Shown here: positions 26,677-40,040 of the stretch, in pieces
Layout of the letters: the number at the start of each line of letters is the position of its first letter
Numbering within the stretch: position 1 is the stretch's first letter
Assembly: GCF_006345805.1 (NCBI RefSeq)
Contig: NW_021832284.1
Span: forward strand, 68,738-132,737
Length of the DNA stretch: 64,000 nucleotides
From: Octopus sinensis
Taxonomy: Eukaryota
Direction of reading: 5' to 3'
The notes under the pieces: model-generated
What the model saw: the letters and a program-made list of their open reading frames with translations, nothing else
Database searches by the model: none
Told to the model about the DNA's origin: nothing
Translations under genes and position numbers: made by a program

Positions 26677-26867
26677 CTTCATATATATCTTGTTGTCGAT
26701 ACAGCCGCATTCTGTTTCAGGTACACACTGTTCACCACTCAGAATAAAGCCTTGTCTACAAACACAACCTTGACTGGAACCTGTGCAATTTGGTGATCTA
26801 TCAGCGCACGAAGGTTGACAGCTGCTAGTCTTGTATTGGAACTCTTCCTTTTCCTTGCATTTCATCG
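26677..26867 (-). CDS. TIL domain exon (...SSCQPSC...GCVCRQGFILSGEQCVPETECGC...)
   Basis: TIL motif GCxCxxGF...CVPxxxCGC, 191 nt, phase 1-0. Confidence 0.9.
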
Positions 26868-27251
26868 CTGGAATAAAATACAATGGAGAATCATAACAAA
26901 CAGGTATTTTCTTATAAATAGCAAAATATTTACGAGGAACACAATAACTATGTCGATAATATGTAAACCTTCAGTGCAATGTTTTGGGAATCAAACAAAA
27001 TATCAAATATTTGTCTGAAAATTTATGTATAAGAAACAGGGATGGATCGAATTCGAAAGTAATAATCAACTTAAATTCTAATAAATACAAATCAAATCTA
27101 CCAAGTCTCTACAATATATCGAAGAAGAATTGTGTCGCGTATTCAGTAAGGTTTGTTGAAAAAAGGCTGATATCTATTCGCAAATTTCTTAAGTAATGCA
27201 CTTGGAGGCATTTCAGAATTCTATACTTCGTTATATATACATACAGAAATA

Positions 27252-27599
27252 CGAGGTCTGATCACTAAGTATACGGACTGTTGCGATAGTAACGAAGCTA
27301 AACCACGTAGACTGAAGCCGCTTGGCAGGAATTCACTTTGGATACGGTTGTGCAAACTCATGAAGTATTAAAGTTCTAGCTCACTTCTGCTGTTTACAGC
27401 AGTTCTTGGAATGGACGCGTGTAACATATGATCGTCGCATTGACCATGCCAGAGAAAGTTGTCATGGTGATACCAGCTCAGAGGTCGACGGATAGTTGCA
27501 GACAGTGTACGCACCGCGCACAAATGTACGAGTGGTCCAGATATTTGCTTTGGCTTCGTTACTATAGCAACAGTCCGGATACTCACTGATCAGACATCG
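27252..27599. mobile_element. Mariner-derived MITE
   Basis: About 50-bp imperfect TIRs cgaggtctgatcactaagtat.cggactgttgc.atagtaacgaagc, preceded by TA. Confidence 0.75.
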
Positions 27600-27805
27600 A
27601 AAGTTTTTTCTTGAGTTTATGAATTAGTGTTATCTAAAAGCCCAAACAGTCGAACAATATATATTCGAAGGATTTAGCAAATATTATTTCATAGTCTCTC
27701 GAAGAACTGAGATGTAATTCGACAATATCTTATCTTGGACACATCAAGATGTAATGCGCCATATATCATGTTCTTAGAGGAATGTAAAGAAACAGTAAAT
27801 CTTAC

Positions 27806-28074
27806 GGCATTGTGATATTTCTCTCCAATTAACGAAAATTCCCACACTTTCGCATTCTGTAGCAAAACCTTCAATGATTCGACAGAAAACAGAGTGGTGG
27901 TTCGTAGGATCATTGTGATAACTACAGACATCGATTCTACAAGACTCCAAGTATTCTTCTAGATGCGAAGCTCCGATCTTTTCAATGCAGGCTTCAAAGA
28001 TTTTGTCATTCATTAAATCACATTCTTTTGTCTGCTCCTTTGAACAAGTCGAATTAACATCATTCACTTTGCAT
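27806..28074 (-). CDS. C8 domain exon (...FEAC...YLESCRIDVC...C...C...WREISQC)
   Basis: C8 Cys pattern and WR motif, 269 nt, phase 2-1. Confidence 0.9.
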
Positions 28075-29160
28075 CTGAAAATAAAAATAGAAAGCGAAAT
28101 GATGAAGTTAAGAATAGTTGTTATGATGTATGATTTCTCATTTGCTAACTAGAAACCATGCGTATTTTCTGAGTAAAAACTTACTGGTGAGTTAATTAAT
28201 TATGATTCACATCTCTCTACTTTTGTTAGCATCTGATGTACAACAAAATTCCAGATGTCAAATATTCCCTTCATCTAAAATCTTACCAAATCATCCAACA
28301 TTCTTAACTCATTTCTTGCCTTATATATAAAAACAGAAGCAAATAAACAACCCATATGCAAGTCATGCATGCGCGCATTCTTTGATCGTCGATCAGCTCG
28401 ATTAGAACAGTCCAATTCTTTCTCTACTCTAGGCACAAGGCCCGAAATTTTTGGACAAGGGGCCAGTCGATTAGATCGACCCCATTATGCAACTGGTACT
28501 TAATGTATCGACCCTGAAAGGATGAAAAGCAAAGTCGACCTCGGCGGTAATTTCGTAACACATTTCCTCCGCTTTGACTGAAAACTTTCAAAGTTAAAAC
28601 ATAAATAGTTATTTCTACGACAGGCACAAAATCTGAGGTTTGAGAGGATGGAGTAAGTCGGTTTCATCTCGATTTCTACTTCCTTTATCGAGTCTGAACA
28701 GATGAAAAGCAAAGATGTCTTCATCAACGTTTCAACGCAGAACGCAAAAAGCTGACAGAAATAATACTAAACATTTTGATGTGTGCCGTAACGGAAACTA
28801 TTTTTATTTATGGCTGACCATCTTAAATAACCATACTTCAAGATTTCAGCACAATACCAGCGGTTTATCGGTATGGGTGCTAATCGAAAACATTGACCTA
28901 GGTTTTGACTGGTAATTTTATCGACCCCAAGATCAGAACGTATGGAACCCAAGGGAACGCCGCTAATCATTTTTTGCCACGCTCTAAACATTCTGCCAGC
29001 TCACTCATTAACCGTTCTATATTAGTTTTATAACCCCTAAAACTGACTCAATAACTGCCCATGGGCATATAGCGTAATGGTTAAGAGCGCGGGATTCTAA
29101 ATCCAAGTTGCGAGTTCAATTCCTTTGAATAATAATAATAAGAAGAAGAAGAAGAAGAAG

Positions 29161-29191
<31 letters not shown>

Positions 29192-29384
29192 TAAGCAAAA
29201 AAATACCTTTGTAATGAGAACCAAGGGTTCAAAATTCTACGGAAACGTTGTGGTAACAACAAACAAAATCAGGAGACATATCCGTCTAATGTAAATAATG
29301 TGAATAATCACAGATTAACGTGAAAACAGCTAAATCTTGATAATAAGACATAATACTGTGGCATATTCATTGCGCCATTTGATA

Positions 29385-30668
29385 CGGGGGGCGTTCAATA
29401 AGTAATGCCCCTGACCCACTTCCCATAGCAGTAGAGCAACGAAACTTTATTAGTCTTTTTCTACATAGGAACCACCCAGAGTTATGCATTTTTCCCATCG
29501 TTTGATGCAGCTCTGGAGACCATTTTTTGTAGAAGACACCAGCTTGGTCCTCCAACCTCGACGTGACTTCAGAAATCAAGACTGCATCATCTGGGAAACG
29601 CTTTCCTTTCAAAAACAACTTCATGGCTGGGAAGAGCTGAAAATCAGAGGGTGGAAGGTCAGGAGAGTAGGGGGGATGGGGGAGGAGTTCATAGCCGCAC
29701 GCCTGTGCTTCTGATCTGGCGACAAGCGAGTTGTGGACCGGAGCGTTGTCCTGCAGGAGGAGGATGCCTTTGCTGATCTTGCCCTGCCTCTTGATTTTGA
29801 TAGCTTCTCTTAATTTCCTCAAAAGTGAAGCATAATAGGCTCCTATAATTGTGGTACCCTTTGCCAGGAAATCTGTCATCACTACTCCGTCCTGGACCCA
29901 GAAGACTGTGAGCATGACCTTGCCAGCGGAGGGCTGAACCCTTGCCTTCTTTGGAGGAGGTGAGTCACGGTGCTTCAACTGCATTGATTGGGCTTTGGTC
30001 TCTGGATCATAGTGATGGACCCATGTTTCATCCTGTGTAATCAGTCTTTTGAAAAAGTTTGACTCATCTTCTTGGCACTTCTCCAAATTCATCCTCAAGC
30101 ACTCGACGCGTTCTTGCTTCTGGAAAGGTGTGAGCAACTTGGGAATCCATCTGACAGACACCTTTTGCATATGCAAATGGTCATAAATGATAGTTTCCAC
30201 AGACCCGGTACTAATTTTGACCTCATGGGCTATTTGGCGAATAGTTATGCGTCGAGCTTCTAAAATGTCAGCCTCAACTTGACGGACAGATGCCTCATCA
30301 ATGGCAGAAAGGGGCGACCAGATCTGGGAGCTGTTTCCACTGAGTTCCGACCATGTTTGAATTCACGATGCTAGCGTTTTACAAGGTCATATAATGGGGC
30401 ATCATCACCATAAGTTACTTTCATTTCATCAAAGTCTCCCGTGGTGTGCGTCCTTTCAAATACAAAAACCGGATCACTGCTCGACACTCAACAGTCTCCA
30501 TTTCACACTTGACTCAGTTCAAACACCTGTAAATCAGAAACCACAATTAGTTCAGAGCTGTAATTTGCCAATTAATCTATAGAGATATAAATAATTGCAC
30601 ATGCAAAATTTCAGCTAGATCAAACAAATGCAAGTGGGTCAGGGGCATTACTTATTGAACGTCCCTCG
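29385..30668 (-). mobile_element. Full-length mariner (DD34D) element with inactivated transposase
   Basis: TA TSDs, about 37-bp TIRs (cg.ggg.cgttcaataagtaatgcccctgacccactt), DETW, QDNA, YSPDLPPSDF. Frameshifts and a stop between ATG 30501 and about 29450. Confidence 0.95.
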
Positions 30669-30736
30669 TATACTATCAACAATTTACATAATATTTATTT
30701 TTGATTTTGGAGTTTGAGAAAGAAAATAATCATTAC

Positions 30737-31044
30737 TTTGTTTCGGGTTTATCACTGTCATCTTCAACTTGATAACTGGCACCAATTAAAGAAAATTTAT
30801 TTGCTTTCTGAGAAACATCTTCACCAGATTTCGGACGAAAGTCATCTTTTTCTCCGTTACAATCTCCACAGATTCCAGTCAGTTGATCGGCAAATATTGG
30901 TGGTAATGTAACAGTGACTCTATGTCTACCATCAAACATGATCTTCAAACCCCATTCAGTGGTAACTGTAATCCACCCGACAGAGTACGTGGCTGAAAAC
31001 TCTTTATAATTTCTTACGGGTAACGACTTCTCTTCTGAATTTAT
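30737..31044 (-). CDS. VWD domain exon b (...GLKIMFDG...TGICGDCNGEKDDF...)
   Basis: GICG-x-CNG-x2-DD motif, 308 nt, phase 0-2. Confidence 0.9.
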
Positions 31045-31964
31045 CTGAAAATTAAATTCAAGAAAATAGGACAGGTATGGAAATCAAGTATTTTTTTTTA
31101 TATATAATGCATGTATTATTTTTAATACTTTACTTGATTTAGTCATTGGACTTTGCCCATGCTTGAGAAGTTTAGTCGAACAAATCTCAAATCCTTATTT
31201 GTTTTTCATGTCTAGTACATATTCAATTGATTGCTTTTTTGTACGGGGGCGAAAAAAAATAAAAATAAAAATTAATTTTTTTTTACAGAAATAAAAATAA
31301 AAATATAAATAATTTTTTTTACAGAAATAAATATTAAAATAAAAACAAAAAATAATAAAAAAATAATAATAATTATATATATATATATCACGTGACCGAC
31401 CAGACCATCAGATGTTGCTACACATCGCTGGTCACAATGCGTTCGCATTGTTTTAGCATTCGAATGACGCCACCCCGCTGGCTAAGCGAGCAGGCCAACA
31501 TATATATATATATATATATAAATTTATATTGGAAATAAGTAGACTCTGTGTCAGCTGCTGACGTGTTTACCAAACCACAAACTGAAAAATATTTTGTTAC
31601 TATTCCAACGATTGGAGATCATTTGGTTATACTCTTGTATTATTTTTTGTATGGCAAATCCTACGAACCGTCATAAATCCTATTATACATATTATGATTA
31701 ATTCCACATTCTATAAATTATTTTATATCTATTTTAAAGCATAATTTTTTTTTTAAAGTTTTAGCTCAGAGCTGCAGCCATGCTGATGCACCGCCGTTTT
31801 GCGCTACACTGTTATTACTAGGGGCCTCCTCTAATATGTGGGACTTGGTGAAGAATGGAGTTTGATATAGCTACCCTCATTTGCACCTCTTGCCGTGAGG
31901 TAGGCTCATCTGGGACTCTCGACATGAAGAGGTCCAGCTTTGATTTAAAAACCCCTACATCTAC

Positions 31965-32222
31965 TTTGTGCTAATTTGAACTAAATTCAAATAGCCGTAT
32001 CTGCTAACGCAATTCATTTTGTCTTGCGTTTTATCTTTCCCAGCTTCCAGTGACTTTATGTTAAGTTTATATAAATACTTACCATTGCATGCTTTAGTTG
32101 AGAATGTCGATGATATACTCTGTAAGACATCAAAACTATTCACTGAAAATACATATTTCGAACTCGGCTCGCTACCAATTGCTTTGAGTTCGGTATTCGA
32201 AATCTTTTTCCCGACTCCAAAT
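31965..32222 (-). pseudogene. Duplicated 3' fragment of the VWA exon plus adjacent intron
   Basis: GVGKKISNTELKAIGSEPSSKYVF... is nearly identical to 34459-34597, and the 5' part is missing. Confidence 0.85.
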
Positions 32223-32474
32223 TTATACAGCATCATAATATTGTTTCGTTATGTTCAATATTACAAATATTTCTTTCCATAATTCTTTCTCTTAAGAAGT
32301 TTAAGGCTTACATTTCTTTCATTAAGTCCAAGATTTCGATTATCTTCGATTCGTTCCTTGGTTCCAGTTGTTAAGTGCGTGGCATTCGAAAATACAACGT
32401 ATCAAGCAGAATAATCTTTTGGATTCTTATACATTTACATAACTATAGGGTAAAGAGAGACAAAACGTACGTAC

Positions 32475-32722
32475 CAAGATTTTGTTAGCTGGCAACAGAC
32501 GAATTGTGAAACCAGTGAGTTTGACATCCACTAAACGTGTGCAAGATATACGGTTATTCCCTCGGTGTTCGTTCTTTACTTCAACAGAAAAGTAGGTATT
32601 ATTCGATCCGTTCTTAATAGTAGCCAGTGTATATTTGCATGTGCCCATGAAATGTATCAATTGTCCATCGAACGTATCATAGTGAAGGTCACCAGACACT
32701 TTACATATACATGGTTTCGAAG
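32475..32722 (-). CDS. VWD domain exon a (ASKPCICKVSGDLHYDTFDG...GTCKYTL...)
   Basis: GDxHYxTFDG...GTCxY VWD motif, 248 nt, phase 1-0. Confidence 0.9.
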
Positions 32723-32914
32723 CTGAAAATATTCATTATATAAACTTGTAAACATTATAATATAAGCCCCTGAATAATGCTTCGAAATGACAACATAGGT
32801 GAAATGTATATTTAAAATATTCGTTTATTATCATCGTCGTCGTCGTCGTTACTCTCACCACCATCATCTACCTCATACCCATTATCATCCTCACCACGTA
32901 ACATGTTTCTATTA

Positions 32915-33052
32915 TTATTATTCAGTAGTCTTATTTTTATAGCGTGCTTTCACTTCACTATCGAGCGCAGCTTTGTGTGCCTTGGGTATGTGCTGTGGTT
33001 TGCTGTGATGCTCTTATTCTTACTGTATTGAAAGTGTTTTACATAAGATGTG
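32915..33052 (-). mobile_element. Short R4/Dong 3' end
   Basis: Similar to 61965-62095. Confidence 0.75.
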
Positions 33053-33220
<168 letters not shown>

Positions 33221-33776
33221 TCAATGGAGACTTATAGCACAGACAATGGCAAATAAAACTGACCACAGTTGTTCATTTTATTGACTGCTAGGGTATGAAA
33301 AGCTTAGATAACTCGGAAGGAGATTTAATACTCTGAAGATGCAAAGGGAAATAACTTAAAACCATAAAATGTTTATCCCACTCAGTATTTACTGCTATAT
33401 GCCTAGTGCTACACATTTAAAAGAAGAGCGGAGATAATTCCGTGGATCCTGTATGTGGTTGATACTTTATTTAATCCACAACATAATAAAGAAAGGTAAT
33501 ATTTACTCTGCCCGTATTTGGATTCAGAATGGAGACAGCAACTAAATGCTGCATGAAGTTGAGCGTTCTACCAATTCTGCCCATCCTTTGCCCGATTATA
33601 ATAATGACTTGTATGACTTTTATTACTACCTCAGTCAATCTAAATGTATATATTTGTCGTTACCTGTCAGAAATAGCCTTTTTTTATATGCAACGTGCAT
33701 TTTCGTTGATTTTTCATATTTTACCCTTACATTTCCACGTGTATTTTATATTTTCTTTTTGTAACATATTTCTACT

Positions 33777-33821
<45 letters not shown>

Positions 33822-33887
33822 TTATTTATTTATTTTATAGAAGGAGCTTCTACAGGACTAGAACTGTTTCATTCAAATGAAATCATC

Positions 33888-33988
<101 letters not shown>

Positions 33989-34198
33989 ATATATATATAG
34001 TTCATCCAAACAAGAAAGCACAAAAAAACACAACAACGTGAGGACGTGGAACAAATATATTTATATAGCTTCAAAGCAGATTTGAATAATTTGAATTAAA
34101 TTCAAATGGCCGTAACTGCTAACTCAATTCATTTTGTCTTGCGTTTTATCTATCCCAGCTTCCAGTGCATTTTATGTTAAGTTTATATAAATACTTAT

Positions 34199-34430
34199 CT
34201 ATTTCTTTACTACCCACAAGGGGCCAAACATAGAGGGGACAAACAAGGACAAACAAACGGATTAAGTCGATTATATCGACCCCAGTGCGTAACTGGTACT
34301 TAATTTATCGACCTCGAAAGGATGAAAGGCAAAGTCGGCCTCGGCGGAATTTGAACTCAGAACGTAGCGGCAGACGAAATACCGATAAGCATTTCGCCCG
34401 ACTTGCTAGCGTTTCTGCCAGCTCGCCGCC
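34199..34430 (-). mobile_element. SINE family B with TSD ttatataaatacttat
   Basis: TSD at 34183-34198 and 34431-34446. Absent in the paralogous site near 32070. Confidence 0.9.
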
Positions 34431-34458
34431 TTATATAAATACTTATATAAATACTTAC

Positions 34459-35025
34459 CATTGCATGCTTTAGCTGAGAATGTCGATGATATACTCTGTA
34501 AGACATCAAAACTATTCACTGAAAATACGTATTTCGAACTCGGCTCGCTACCAATTGCTTTGAGTTCGGTATTCGAAATTTTTTTCCCGACTCCAATTGC
34601 GAATATCATAGTTCCACTCTTTTTCACCTTTTCAGCTGCTTTTACTGTCAAGACCTGATTATTTGAGTTTCCGTCTGTGATGACAACTGCAATATTCAAC
34701 ACATCTTTTCGGTCACCAGACATTGCAGTGAACGAAGAATCTTTAAGGTAATTTAAAGCGGCATAGGTGTGTGTCCAGCCTCCGATGTGAGCTATTCTGT
34801 CAATCGCTGTGTTTAAATCAAGGATATTCCTGAATTTATTCAAATTAAATTGGTTCTTTACATTGGTGCTAAATGTGATAATACCAACTTGGACAGCATT
34901 TGATGATATTGGAAAAGTTGAGACAAGTTTCTTGACAAAAGTTTTCATCACTAGAAAATCCTTTTTAGAAATGCTTCCAGAGTCGTCTAATACAAACATG
35001 ATATCTGCCACAGCATTTCCACACG
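34459..35025 (-). CDS. von Willebrand factor A (VWA) domain exon
   Basis: ADIMFVLDDSGS (MIDAS DxSxS), GGWTHT, VVITDG, IFAIGVG. 567 nt, phase 1-1, within ORF 34406..35119. Confidence 0.95.
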
Positions 35026-35138
35026 CTGAAACTAAAATGAAATAAAAATGTATTACAATAGTAATATATATATATCGAGAAGTATTATGTAAATAAATTG
35101 ATTTTCTTTGTTCACACACACCATTTTCTTTATATCAA

Positions 35139-35179
<41 letters not shown>

Positions 35180-35520
35180 ATATAAAGAAAATGGTGTGTG
35201 TGAACAAAGAAAATCAATTTATTTACATAATACTTCTCGATTTCATGTCGCCGATGCACGTTTCAATTCCTACCTTCATTCATATATTAATATTAAATTG
35301 AATTTAAAAGGTAAAAGTCTCCTCAAAGCAAAATTGACGTAAATTCATGTACATCCTAAAGGATAGAGTTCCTTACAAACAGACATACTAGCTTGTGTGT
35401 ATGTTTGTGTGTGTTTGTGTGTGAGTGTATGTGTGTGCTATGTGTGCTTGTGTGTGTGTATTTATGTGTGTGGGTGTGTATGCCAGTGTGCTTGTGTGTG
35501 TCTGTTTGTGCGTGCGTGTA

Positions 35521-35572
<52 letters not shown>

Positions 35573-36064
35573 TGTGTGTGTGTGTGTGTGATTGTCAATA
35601 ATGTATACATATGCATTTGTAGCGTCAATGGCGTTAGAAATAAACTAGATAAAAGTATCATCATACCAATGTTTTCTGCATCTGAAAAAGATGAAAATGA
35701 GAGTCTTGTAGAATTATAAAATGAATATACTTTTCATAATTTTACAAGACCCTCATTTTCATCCTTTTCAGGGGCAGAAAATAAGGTTATTATTCAAGGA
35801 CAACGATACTCAAACCAGAAACTCCCCTAATCCCAAGGAATGTCCTAAGGAGATTTACTTAAGGGCTGTCTAATCATAATTTGCAAGGGTGGGTGGAGGG
35901 AAAATGGTACAGTACCCCGTAACAATGGAGAATATCCAACCTGTTAGGATGTACTATTCCGAAAGTTCGCCAAGGCATACTATTGTGAATATAACCGGGC
36001 AACGACGGGATACTCAGTTAATTTGTGTGTTTGTGTGTGTGTAGAAAGAGAGAGAGAGAAAGAG

Positions 36065-36111
<47 letters not shown>

Positions 36112-36297
36112 GGGGGTATTTTGAGGAATATCATGCAAACATTCTCCTAAATTCCTAACCAAGCCATTCAACCAATCGCGCCTTTCTCAATATGCGTTCA
36201 CGAGGAACCTACCTTGGCTCTTTAAATATACTTGTAAAACAAAATTTATGATAAATCTATGCCTATAAATTATGGCTATTTGTTATGTTATACTTAC

Positions 36298-36408
36298 ATG
36301 TATTACAGTAACTTCCAGAGTAACCAGGTTTACATTTACAGGTGAAACTATGTCCTTTCCTGATACATGTACCGCCGTTCTTACATGGTTTCGTATGGCA
36401 TGGATCGA
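36298..36408 (-). CDS. EGF exon 7 ([37 protein letters not shown])
   Basis: EGF Cys pattern, 111 nt, phase 1-1. Confidence 0.9.
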
Positions 36409-36591
36409 CTAGAGTATAAAAGAAATCGATGTTTTATTTCACAATCACATCTTTATTTACAACGGAATATAACAGAATTCGCATTTTGAATTTCCTGTCT
36501 AAACCTTTTACATATTTTCTCGATTTCTCTTTACTTTTTAAATCATTTTCTCCCGTATTCTTCCTGATTTGTAGCAAGAGAAATTAATTTT

Positions 36592-36623
<32 letters not shown>

Positions 36624-36874
36624 TATCATCATCATCATCATCATCATCATCGCCAGATGCGTTAAATGATGTAGCCAGTCATTGGGGTGCCACTAAAGAA
36701 ACTTTTATTTTCAGCCATCGCCACTTCGTAGTAGGTTCGTTGTGATGTGGACTGTCCAGTCCTTAACGTTGTCAAACCAGGAATTTCTATGTCTGTGTGT
36801 GTGTATATAAGTCAGGACGCCATGATAGATCGTTAGCTCCTACACACATTTTTTCTCTCCTTTTTTTCTGTGTA

Positions 36875-36912
36875 TCTTTCTGTCGAAGAGCGTAGGCTCG
36901 AAACGTAAAAGA
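36875..36912 (+). ncRNA. Minimal hammerhead-like motif with A6U core variant
   Basis: tcttt-CTGTCGA-A-gagc-gtag-gctc-GAAA-CG-TA-aaaga. A related copy lies at 48701-48735. Confidence 0.55.
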
Positions 36913-37000
36913 CTTTTTCTATTCCTGAGCGCTATACTAATACATTTGTTTGTTTGTACTCCACCTGCCTTCGTCTTTTGTTTACTTTCGAAAACTTTCC

Positions 37001-37050
<50 letters not shown>

Positions 37051-37085
37051 TATAATATATATATATTATAATATATATATATAAT

Positions 37086-37172
<87 letters not shown>

Positions 37173-38124
37173 ATATATATTATATATATATAATATATAT
37201 ATATATATATTATATATATAATATATATATATATAATATATATATATATATAAAATAGAGATAAAACCACTATTATGCAACTCAAACAGTAATAGACATA
37301 AACCAATACATAAATAACCAAGTGGTTTTATCTCTAATTCCTATTTTATATATTTATACTGTGAAATTTGATTTAATACTTAATTGAATTTTTCCCTGTA
37401 AATTTGGAGTTATACTCCCTAATATTATTATTAGTATTATATATATATATATATATAATATATATATATATATATTTGTATATATATATGTATACTTTTC
37501 TCGTCTAGGTTCAAGGAACGAAATTTTGAGGGAGTGGTTCTAGTCGATTACATCCACACCAGTACGCAACTGGTACTTAATTTATTGACCTCGAAAGGTT
37601 GAAGACCAGAGTCAACCTCGGTGCAACGAAAAGACAGACGAAAATCCTCTTAGCATTTCGTTCGGCGTGCTAAGTTGTAGATATATATATATATATAGTA
37701 TGAAGAAAATGGAAAGTAAAAATCAATTTATTTACATAATAGCAGTCAATTTCATGTCTCCTATGCAGGTTTCAATTCCTACCTTCATTCATATTTTCCA
37801 ATTAAATTGAATTTAAAAGGTAAAAATCACATTGTCGTGCAGTTACTGTTTACATCTCGTTCAGATATTTATTATTGCTATGAAATGAATAGATTTTACA
37901 TAATTTTACAAGATTCATTTTCATCCTTTTCAGAAGCAGAAAATAACAGTATGATGCAAGGTCAACAAAATTAAAACCAGCAGCTCCCCTAATCCCAATG
38001 AATGTCCCAAGGGGATCTATAATTTTGAGGGCCGCCAAATTTGGTCCCCACTCACACCCTATTTTTACTGCCAGCTAAACTAAATACAAATTATTGGCGA
38101 CCTAATCGGAGCAATAACAATGAA

Positions 38125-38442
38125 GGTACTACTTGAGAACCGTGGTCCCAGTGCGCGCACTCGCGTAGTCGCACATCCGCGCTAGCTAGTCGTGACTAGT
38201 CGATCCTACAACGACTACCTAGCAAAGTAAATAAAACACAAAATAAATAATTTTTTACACAAAGTAAATAATTTTTGTTAAACAAAGTAAATAAAACACA
38301 AAAACACATGTTAAATAATTTTTTCAAACAAAGTAAATAACACAAAAAAACACAAAGTAAGGATCGACTAGTCACGACTAGCTAGCGCGGATGCGCGAGT
38401 ACGCGAGTGCTCGCACCGGAACTACTGTTCTCAAGCAGTACC
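38125..38442. mobile_element. MITE with about 80-bp TIRs and 9-bp TSD (Mutator-like)
   Basis: ggtac...gtacc termini, TSD aacaatgaa at 38116-38124 and 38443-38451. Confidence 0.85.
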
Positions 38443-38703
38443 AACAATGAATTTCATACCATGAACTCACAGTGAGTATCCTAAAGAGTTTCAATTTCTG
38501 AAGGGCCGCTTAAATAGGTCCCCACTGACACCCGCAACTTTTGTGGGTAGGGAGTTTGGAATGGAACCTCGAATAATTAATACCAGGAAAATACATACAC
38601 AATGAACGTGTCCGAGACCACTACAGTACAGAAGTTATACGTCGCAAGGTTGGCTAGAAAGACGCCCGATTGGCAGCTTCAAGGCTGCTAATATTATACT
38701 TAC

Positions 38704-38817
38704 ATACAGTACAGCATATTCCGGAGTAACCAGGTCTGCATGTACAGAAGAATTTACGACCTCTCCTGAAACATGTCCTGCGGTTCTTAAACGATATCCT
38801 AAGACATGGATTTATCA
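38704..38817 (-). CDS. EGF exon 6, divergent (LINPCLRISFKNRRTCFRRGRKFFCTCRPGYSGICCTV)
   Basis: Open frame, 114 nt, phase 1-1, tacag/gtaagt. Cys2 is replaced by Phe. Confidence 0.7.
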
Positions 38818-39929
38818 CTGTATAAAAGAAATATGAGCCTTATTTCGCTGTCTTCTCTATATTCATATGGATATAACGATAGAATATCCTGTAACGAATG
38901 TTTATCTCTGTATATATTTATTTATTTCTCTTCATCTCTCTGAGTAAGAAAAATTATTGGATTTGTTTTTTAAATAATAATTTGCTATAACATCGAAAGT
39001 TAAAGCATAAAATTTTATACAAAATTATCTAACGAGAAACCAGCAAGAATCCGGATTTCGCAATTTTACCAACATTGCAGGGACGTTTCCACAGCTATTG
39101 ATACTCTTCCGTCGCTTTTAGCCCTATACAACTCTAGGAGGAGAAGCCTCCTCAAGAAGGAATTCTGCAGTTTTGTGGCTTATACGTTATGCCCATGTTA
39201 AGGAATATATGCAGAATGCTATTATGAAGCCATACAGCTTTCGTGGCTAATAACGATTATGCTTACATATATGTATATGTGTATGCGTACGTCTGTGTTT
39301 CGGTATGTGTGGTGTATGTGAGTGTGAGTGTGTATATGTATGTGTACTCTGAATTTTTTCTTTAAAAACAAAATCTGGGCTTCGGGTTTCAAAACAATTT
39401 GTAAATTTTCAAAATCTCTTTCTTAAACAAAAGCGTCACTCTTTGTTTTTAAGTGCGGACTGCAAAAGAAAATTGGACAAAAAAATCTATTCTGAGGCTG
39501 GGAGCCGAGATTAATAAATTTTCAAACATTTTCTTCCAATGAAAAGTTCCCCAAATCAGCATTTGAAAGGGTGTAAGGAAGAAAACTGAAGAATAATCGT
39601 CGCAATTGAGAAAATCCAACCTGTTTCGGAGTACTATGCTGAAAGTCCGCCAAGTCACCCAATTGCGAAAATTACACGGCAACTACGGCAGATTCAGTAA
39701 ATGCGAGTATGTGTATATATACGTGTATATTAGAGAGAGTAGCGACAGAGGGATGGGGATTCATTACGTGGATTAACACGCGAAGTTTCTCCCAATATAT
39801 TTCCATTAACCAAACCATTCAACCAAGCACCTTTCTTAATATGTATTGGCTCTTTAAATATACTTGTAAAACAAAGTCTATGATAAATCTATGTCTATAA
39901 ATGATAGCTATTTGTTATGTTATACTTAC

Positions 39930-40040
39930 ATATATTACAGTATCTTCCAGAGTAACCAGGTCTGCATTTACAGGTGAAACTACTTCCTTTCCTGATACAA
40001 AAACCACCGTTCTTACATGGTCTCCTATGGCATCGATTGA
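39930..40040 (-). CDS. EGF exon 5 (FNRCHRRPCKNGGFCIRKGSSFTCKCRPGYSGRYCNI)
   Basis: EGF Cys pattern, 111 nt, phase 1-1. Confidence 0.88.

Noticed and set aside
29367-30200. 277-aa ORF as an active transposase or SETMAR-like host gene
   Set aside because: The N-terminus is broken by a frameshift and stop, the C-terminus is frameshifted, and it lies between TIRs in an intron.
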